From contig OZ024741.1 in NCBI GenBank assembly GCA_964016885.1, positions 376,588,001-376,652,000 of the forward strand: a stretch of 64,000 nt of DNA, written 5' to 3'. A model generated the notes under the pieces. It did not search any database. It saw only the letters and a list, made by a program, of their open reading frames with translations, and had not been told where the DNA came from. Origin of the DNA: Eledone cirrhosa (Eukaryota). A program made the position numbers and the translations under genes. Numbering within the stretch: the first letter of the stretch is position 1; every line of letters begins with the position of its first letter. Shown piece after piece: positions 57,301 through 64,000 of this stretch.

Positions 57301-59860
57301 GAACTAGCCAGTTTTAGAATTCCCTTTTCGATTATAATACTGTGGTAGCCCTAGTTTCTGTTGAGCTCTGCTGACGATTGAAATCCAGCCGTGACCATCT
57401 GCACTGAAAGTTTTCATGAAATAGTCTTTTAACACTATACAGAGCATTTGATGTTATTCCAAATTGAAGGATAAGTGTTTTAAACTTTATTTTATCATGA
57501 GTTAAAGGTCTATTGATTTTTCCCTGGATTTCACTAAATTCTGTGGATGAATTTGTATCCTGATTCTCTTTTGAGATGAGTTTGAATTATTTTTCCTAAA
57601 TCTTACGTTAACTACTTTTCCCATCTTGACGTTATAGTCGCATATATGTTATAGAATACTATTAGCTTCTCGCTAAAACAATCTCTATACCTCTCATTTA
57701 TACTTATACTCGGATTCTTTTCCTAGAGTGCTTAAACCATCTGTTACTAATCCCGTTTTTTTTAATAAAAACTGATAATTATTGCTATTTGCTGAACTCC
57801 TTTTGTAGTGTTTTTTTCAGAATGTATTTGACTGCAATTTCTTGTAAATAAACATTCACTTTCATCCTGACGTCACTAGCCCCGTTTTTCCTCATGTATG
57901 TTTTCAAATTCACGCATGATGGCGAAGTAGCCAGTTTTAGAATTCCCTTTTCGATTATAATACTGTGGTAGCCCTAGATTCTGTTGAGCTCTGCTGACGA
58001 TTGAAATCCAACCGTGACCATCTCCACTGAAAGTATTCATGAAATAGTCTTTTAAGACTATACAGAGCAATTGATGTTATTCCAAATTGAAGGATAAGTG
58101 TTTTAAAGTTTATTTTATCATGAGTTAAAGGTCTATTAATTTTTCCCTGGATTTCACTAAATTCTGTGGATGAATTTGTATCCTGATTCTCTTTTGAGAT
58201 GAGTTTGAATTATTTTTCCTAAATTTTACGTTAACTACTTTTCCCATCTTGACGTTATAGTCGCATATATGTTATAGAATACTATTAGCTTCTCGCTAAA
58301 ACAATCTCTATACCTCTCATTTATACTTATACTCGGATTCTTTTCGTAGAGTGCATAAACTATCTGTGACTAATCCCGTTTTTTTTATAAAAACTGTGAT
58401 AATTATTGCTATTTGCTGAACTCCTTTTGTAGAGTTTTTTTCAGAATGTATTTGACTGCTATTTCTTGTAAATAAACATTCACTTTTATCCTGACGTCAC
58501 TGGCCCCGTTTTTCCTCATGTGTGTTTTCATATTCACGCATGATGGCGAACTAGCCAGTTTTAGAATTCCCTTTTCGGATTATAATACTGTGGTAGCCCT
58601 GGTTTCTGTTGAGCTCTGCTTACGATTGAAATCCAACCGAGACCATCTCCACTGAAAGTTTTCATGAAATAGTCTTTTAAGACTATACAGAGCATTTGAT
58701 GTTATTCCAAATTGAAGTATAAGTGTTTTAAACTTTATTTTATCATGAGTTAAAGGTCTATTGATTTTTCACTGGATTTCACTAAATTCTGTGGATGAAT
58801 TTTTATCCTGATTCTCTTTTGAGATGAGTTTGAATTATTTTTCCTAAATCTTACGTTAACTACTTTTCCCATCTTGACGTTATAGTCGCATATATGTTAT
58901 AGAATACTATTAGCTTCTCGCTAAAACAATCTCTATACCTCTCATTTATACTTATACTCGGATTCTTTTCCTAGAGTGCTTAAACCATCTGTTACTAATC
59001 CCGTTTTTTTTAATAAACACTGATAATTATTGCTATTTGCTGAACTCCTTTTTTAGTGTTTTTTTCAGAATGTATTTGACTGCAATTTCTTGTAAATAAA
59101 CATTCACTTTCATCCTGACGTCACTAGCCCCGTTTTTCCTCATGTGTGTTTTCATATTCACGCATGATGGCGAACTAGCCAGTTTTAGAATTCCCTTTTC
59201 GGATTATAATACTGTGGTAGCCCTGGTTTCTGTTGAGCTCTGCTGACGATTGAAATCCAACCGAGACCATCTCCACTGAAAGTTTTTATGAAATAGTCTT
59301 TCAAGACAATACAGAGCATTTGATGTTATTCCAAATTGAAGGATAAGTGTTTTAAACTTTATTTTATCATGAGTTAAAGGTCTATTGATTTTTCCCTGGA
59401 TTTCACTAAATTCTGTGGATGAATTTGTATCCTGATTCTCTTTTGAGATGAGTTTGAATTATTTTTCCTAAATCTTACGTTAACTACTTTTCCCATCTTG
59501 ACGTTATAGTCGCATATATGTTATAGAATACTATTAGCTTCTCGCTAAAACAATCTCTATACCTCTCATTTATACTTATACTCGGATTCTTTTCCTAGAG
59601 TGCTTAAACCATCTGTTACTAATCCCGTTTTTTTTAATAAAAACTGATAATTATTGCTATTTGCTGAACTCCTTTTGTAGTGTTTTTTTCAGAATGTATT
59701 TGACTGCAATTTCTTGTAAATAAACATTCACTTTCATCCTGACGTCACTAGCCCCGTTTTTCCTCATGTGTGTTTTCATATTCACGCATGATGGCGAACT
59801 AGCCAGTTTTAGAATTCCCTTTTCGGATTATCATACTGTGGTAGCCCTGGTTTCTGTTGA

Positions 59861-59941
59861 GCTCTGCTGACGATTGAAATCCAACCTAGACCATCTCCAC
59901 TGAAAGTTTTCATGAAATAGTCTTTTAAGACTATACAGAGC
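59861..59941 (+). ncRNA. type I hammerhead ribozyme, intact satellite copy
   Basis: Same fold; differences only in the stem II loop. Confidence 0.77.
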
Positions 59942-61098
59942 ATATGACGTTATTCCAAATTGAAGGATAATTGTTTTAAAATTTATTTTATCATGAGTTA
60001 AAGGTCTATTAATTTTTCCTTGGATTTCACTAATTTCTGTGGATGAATTTGTATCCTGATTCTCTTTTGAGATGAGTTTCAATTATTTTTCTTAAATCTT
60101 ACGTTAACTACTTTTCCCATCTTGACGTTATAGTCGCATATATGTTATAGAATACTATTAGCTTCTCGCTAAAACAATCTCTATACCTCTCCTTTACACT
60201 TATACTCGGATTCTTTTCCTAGAGTGCTTAAACCATCTGTTACTAATCCCGTTTTTTTTAATAAAAACTGATAATTATTGCTATTTGCTGAACTCCTTTT
60301 GTAGAGTTTTTTTTTGACTGCTATTTCTTGTAAATAAACATTCACTTTCATCCTGACGTCACTAGCCCCGTTTTTCCTCATGTGTGTTTTCATATTCACG
60401 CATGATGGCGAACTAGCCAGTTTTAGAATTCCCTTTTCGGATTATAATACTGTGGTAGCCCTGGTTTCTGTTGAGCTGTGCTGATGATTGAAATCCAACC
60501 GTGACCATCTCCACTGAAAGTTTTCATGAAATAGTCTTTTAAGACTATACAGAGCATTTGATGTTATTCCAAATTGAAGGATAAGTGTTTTAAACTTTAT
60601 TTTATCATGAGTTAAAGGTCTTTTGATTTTTCCCTGGATTTCACTAAATTCTGTGGATGAATTTGTATCCTGATTCTCTTTTGAGATGAGTTTGAATTAT
60701 TTTTCTTAAATCTTACGTTAACTACTTTTCCCATCTTGACGTTATAGTCGCATATATGTTATAGAATACTATTAGCTTCTCGCTAAAACAATCTCTATAC
60801 CTCTCATTTATACTTACACTCGGATTCTTTTCCTAGAGTGCTTAAATTATCTGTGGCTAATCCCGATTTTTTAATAAAAACTGTGATAATTATTGCTATT
60901 TGCTGAACTCCTTTTGTAGAGTTTTTTCAGAATGTATTTGACTGATATTTCTTGTAAATAAACATTCACTTTCATCCTGAAGTCACTAGCCCCGTTTTTC
61001 CTCATGTGTGTTTTCATATTCACGCATGATGGCGAACTAGCCAGTTTTAGAATTCCCTTTTCGGATTTTATTACTGTGGTAGCCCTCGTTTCTGTTGA

Positions 61099-61179
61099 GC
61101 TCTGCTGACGATTGAAATCCAACCGTGACCATCTCCACTGAAAGTTTTCATGAAATAGTCTTTTAAGACTATACAGAGC
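61099..61179 (+). ncRNA. type I hammerhead ribozyme, intact satellite copy
   Basis: Same fold, consensus sequence. Confidence 0.78.
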
Positions 61180-62970
61180 ATTTGATGTTATTCTAAATTG
61201 AAGGATAAGTGTTTTAAACTTTATTTTATCATGAGTTAAAGGTCTATTGATTTTACCCTGGAATTCACTAAATTCTGTGGATGAATTTGTATCCTGATTC
61301 TCTTTTGAGATGAGTTTGAATTATTTTTCCTAAATCTTACGTTAACTACTTTTCCCATCTTGACGTTATAGTCGCATATATGTTATAGAATACTATTAGC
61401 TTCTCGCTAAAACACCTCTATACCTCTCATTTATACTTATACTAGGATTCTTTTCGTAGAGTGCTTAAACTATCTGTGACTAATCCCATTTTTTTAATAA
61501 AAACTGTGATAATTATTGCTATATGCTGAACTCCTTTTGTAGAGTTTTTTTCAGAATGTATTTGACTGCTATTTCTTGTAAATAAACATTCACTTTCATC
61601 CTGACGTCACTAGCCCCGTTTTTCCTCATGTGTGTTTTCATATTCACGCATGATGGCGAACTAGCCAGTTTTAGAATTCCCTTTTCGGATTATAATACTG
61701 TGGTAGCCCTGGTTTCTGTTGAGCTCTGCTTACGATTGAAATCCAACCGAGACCATCTCCACTGAAAGTTTTCATGAAATAGTCTTTTAAGACTATACAG
61801 AGCATTTGATGTTATTCCAAATTGAAGTATAAGTGTTTTAAACTTTATTTTATCATGAGTTAAAGGTCTATTGATTTTTCACTGGATTTCACTAAATTCT
61901 GTGGATGAATTTTTATCCTGATTCTCTTTTGAGATGAGTTTGAATTATTTTTCCTAAATCTTACGTTAACTACTTTTCCCATCTTGACGTTATAGTCGCA
62001 TATATGTTATAGAATACTATTAGCTTCTCGCTAAAACAATCTCTATACCTCTCATTTATACTTATACTCGGATTCTTTTCCTAGAGTGCTTAAACCATCT
62101 GTTACTAATCCCGTTTTTTTTAATAAACACTGATAATTATTGCTATTTGCTGAACTCCTTTTTTAGTGTTTTTTTCAGAATGTATTTGACTGCAATTTCT
62201 TGTAAATAAACATTCACTTTCATCCTGACGTCACTAGCCCCGTTTTTCCTCATGTGTGTTTTCATATTCACGCATGATGGCGAACTAGCCAGTTTTAGAA
62301 TTCCCTTTTCGGATTATAATACTGTGGTAGCCCTGGTTTCTGTTGAGCTCTGCTGACGATTGAAATCCAACCGAGACCATCTCCACTGAAAGTTTTTATG
62401 AAATAGTCTTTCAAGACAATACAGAGCATTTGATGTTATTCCAAATTGAAGGATAAGTGTTTTAAACTTTATTTTATCATGAGTTAAAGGTCTATTGATT
62501 TTTCCCTGGATTTCACTAAATTCTGTGGATGAATTTGTATCCTGATTCTCTTTTGAGATGAGTTTGAATTATTTTTCCTAAATCTTACGTTAACTACTTT
62601 TCCCATCTTGACGTTATAGTCGCATATATGTTATAGAATACTATTAGCTTCTCGCTAAAACAATCTCTATACCTCTCATTTATACTTATACTCGGATTCT
62701 TTTCCTAGAGTGCTTAAACCATCTGTTACTAATCCCGTTTTTTTTAATAAAAACTGATAATTATTGCTATTTGCTGAACTCCTTTTGTAGTGTTTTTTTC
62801 AGAATGTATTTGACTGCAATTTCTTGTAAATAAACATTCACTTTCATCCTGACGTCACTAGCCCCGTTTTTCCTCATGTGTGTTTTCATATTCACGCATG
62901 ATGGCGAACTAGCCAGTTTTAGAATTCCCTTTTCGGATTATCATACTGTGGTAGCCCTGGTTTCTGTTGA

Positions 62971-63051
62971 GCTCTGCTGACGATTGAAATCCAACCTAGA
63001 CCATCTCCACTGAAAGTTTTCATGAAATAGTCTTTTAAGACTATACAGAGC
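62971..63051 (+). ncRNA. type I hammerhead ribozyme, intact satellite copy
   Basis: Pentamer duplicate of 59861 (+3110). Confidence 0.77.
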
Positions 63052-63584
63052 ATATGACGTTATTCCAAATTGAAGGATAATTGTTTTAAAATTTATTTTA
63101 TCATGAGTTAAAGGTCTATTAATTTTTCCTTGGATTTCACTAAATTCTGTGGATGAATTTGTATCCTGATTCTCTTTTGAGATGAGTTTCAATTATTTTT
63201 CTTAAATCTTACGTTAACTACTTTTCCCATCTTGACGTTATAGTCGCATATATGTTATAGAATACTATTAGCTTCTCGCTAAAACAATCTCTATACCTCT
63301 CCTTTACACTTATACTCGGATTCTTTTCCTAGAGTGCTTAAACCATCTGTTACTAATCCCGTTTTTTTTAATAAAAACTGATAATTATTGCTATTTGCTG
63401 AACTCCTTTTGTAGAGTTTTTTTTTGACTGCTATTTCTTGTAAATAAACATTCACTTTCATCCTGACGTCACTAGCCCCGTTTTTCCTCATGTGTGTTTT
63501 CATATTCACGCATGATGGCGAACTAGCCAGTTTTAGAATTCCCTTTTCGGATTATAATACTGTGGTAGCCCTGGTTTCTGTTGA

Positions 63585-63665
63585 GCTCTGCTGATGATTG
63601 AAATCCAACCGTGACCATCTCCACTGAAAGTTTTCATGAAATAGTCTTTTAAGACTATACAGAGC
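63585..63665 (+). ncRNA. type I hammerhead ribozyme, intact satellite copy (CUGAUGA variant)
   Basis: gctctg-CTGATGA-ttgaaa..tttcat-GAAA-tagtcttttaagacta-TA-cagagc; the change is at the variable N7 position. Confidence 0.78.
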
Positions 63666-64000
63666 ATTTGATGTTATTCCAAATTGAAGGATAAGTGTTT
63701 TAAACTTTATTTTATCATGAGTTAAAGGTCTTTTGATTTTTCCCTGGATTTCACTAAATTCTGTGGATGAATTTGTATCCTGATTCTCTTTTGAGATGAG
63801 TTTGAATTATTTTTCTTAAATCTTACGTTAACTACTTTTCCCATCTTGACGTTATAGTCGCATATATGTTATAGAATACTATTAGCTTCTCGCTAAAACA
63901 ATCTCTATACCTCTCATTTATACTTACACTCGGATTCTTTTCCTAGAGTGCTTAAATTATCTGTGGCTAATCCCGATTTTTTAATAAAAACTGTGATAAT

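Larger units (their letters stand above)
40991..64000 (+). repeat. ~624-bp tandem satellite array, ~37 monomers, continues past the window end
   Basis: Monomer starting attcactttcatcctgacgtcactagcccc recurs about every 615-627 bp with few substitutions; ORF-track spacings of 1248-1251, 1872-1877 and 3110. Confidence 0.98.

Noticed and set aside
41548-63509. Recurrent minus-strand ORFs in the satellite (MLCIVLKDYF..., MAMVTVGFQ...) as a tandem gene family or repeated exon
   Set aside because: Frames differ between monomers through 1-2 bp indels, stops are frequent, and there is no recognisable domain or convincing splice-site pair
40991-64000. Array as CRISPR, 5S/tRNA/snRNA or histone gene cluster
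   Set aside because: No unique spacers, and no A/B/C boxes, Sm site or histone ORFs recognised in the monomer

Overview
This is AT-rich eukaryotic non-genic DNA dense in microsatellites. The SINE family and repeat landscape suggest a cephalopod (octopus-like) genome, which is an inference. No host protein-coding gene is supported, and most listed ORFs are microsatellite artefacts. Bases 1-41 kb are a graveyard of retroelements: a decayed Penelope-like element (RT + C-terminal GIY-YIG, inverted pseudo-LTR), many short Penelope-type inverted-repeat insertions in (TA)n/(CA)n carrying type I hammerhead ribozyme (HHR) motifs, a near-complete RTE/BovB-like LINE, other RTE fragments, an RLE-type LINE 3' end and tRNA-derived SINEs. 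From 40991 to the window end is a ~624-bp tandem array of ~37 monomers with local dimer/trimer/hexamer/pentamer higher-order structure. The main finding is that every monomer carries, on the + strand, an 81-nt type I hammerhead fold or a point-mutated copy of it (gctctg-CTGACGA-stemII-GAAA-tagtct/agacta-TA-cagagc). This points to a retrozyme-like, ribozyme-bearing satellite. By manual reading, 13 of 37 copies keep the catalytic core and the rest carry recurrent, probably inactivating variants that follow the higher-order repeat pattern.
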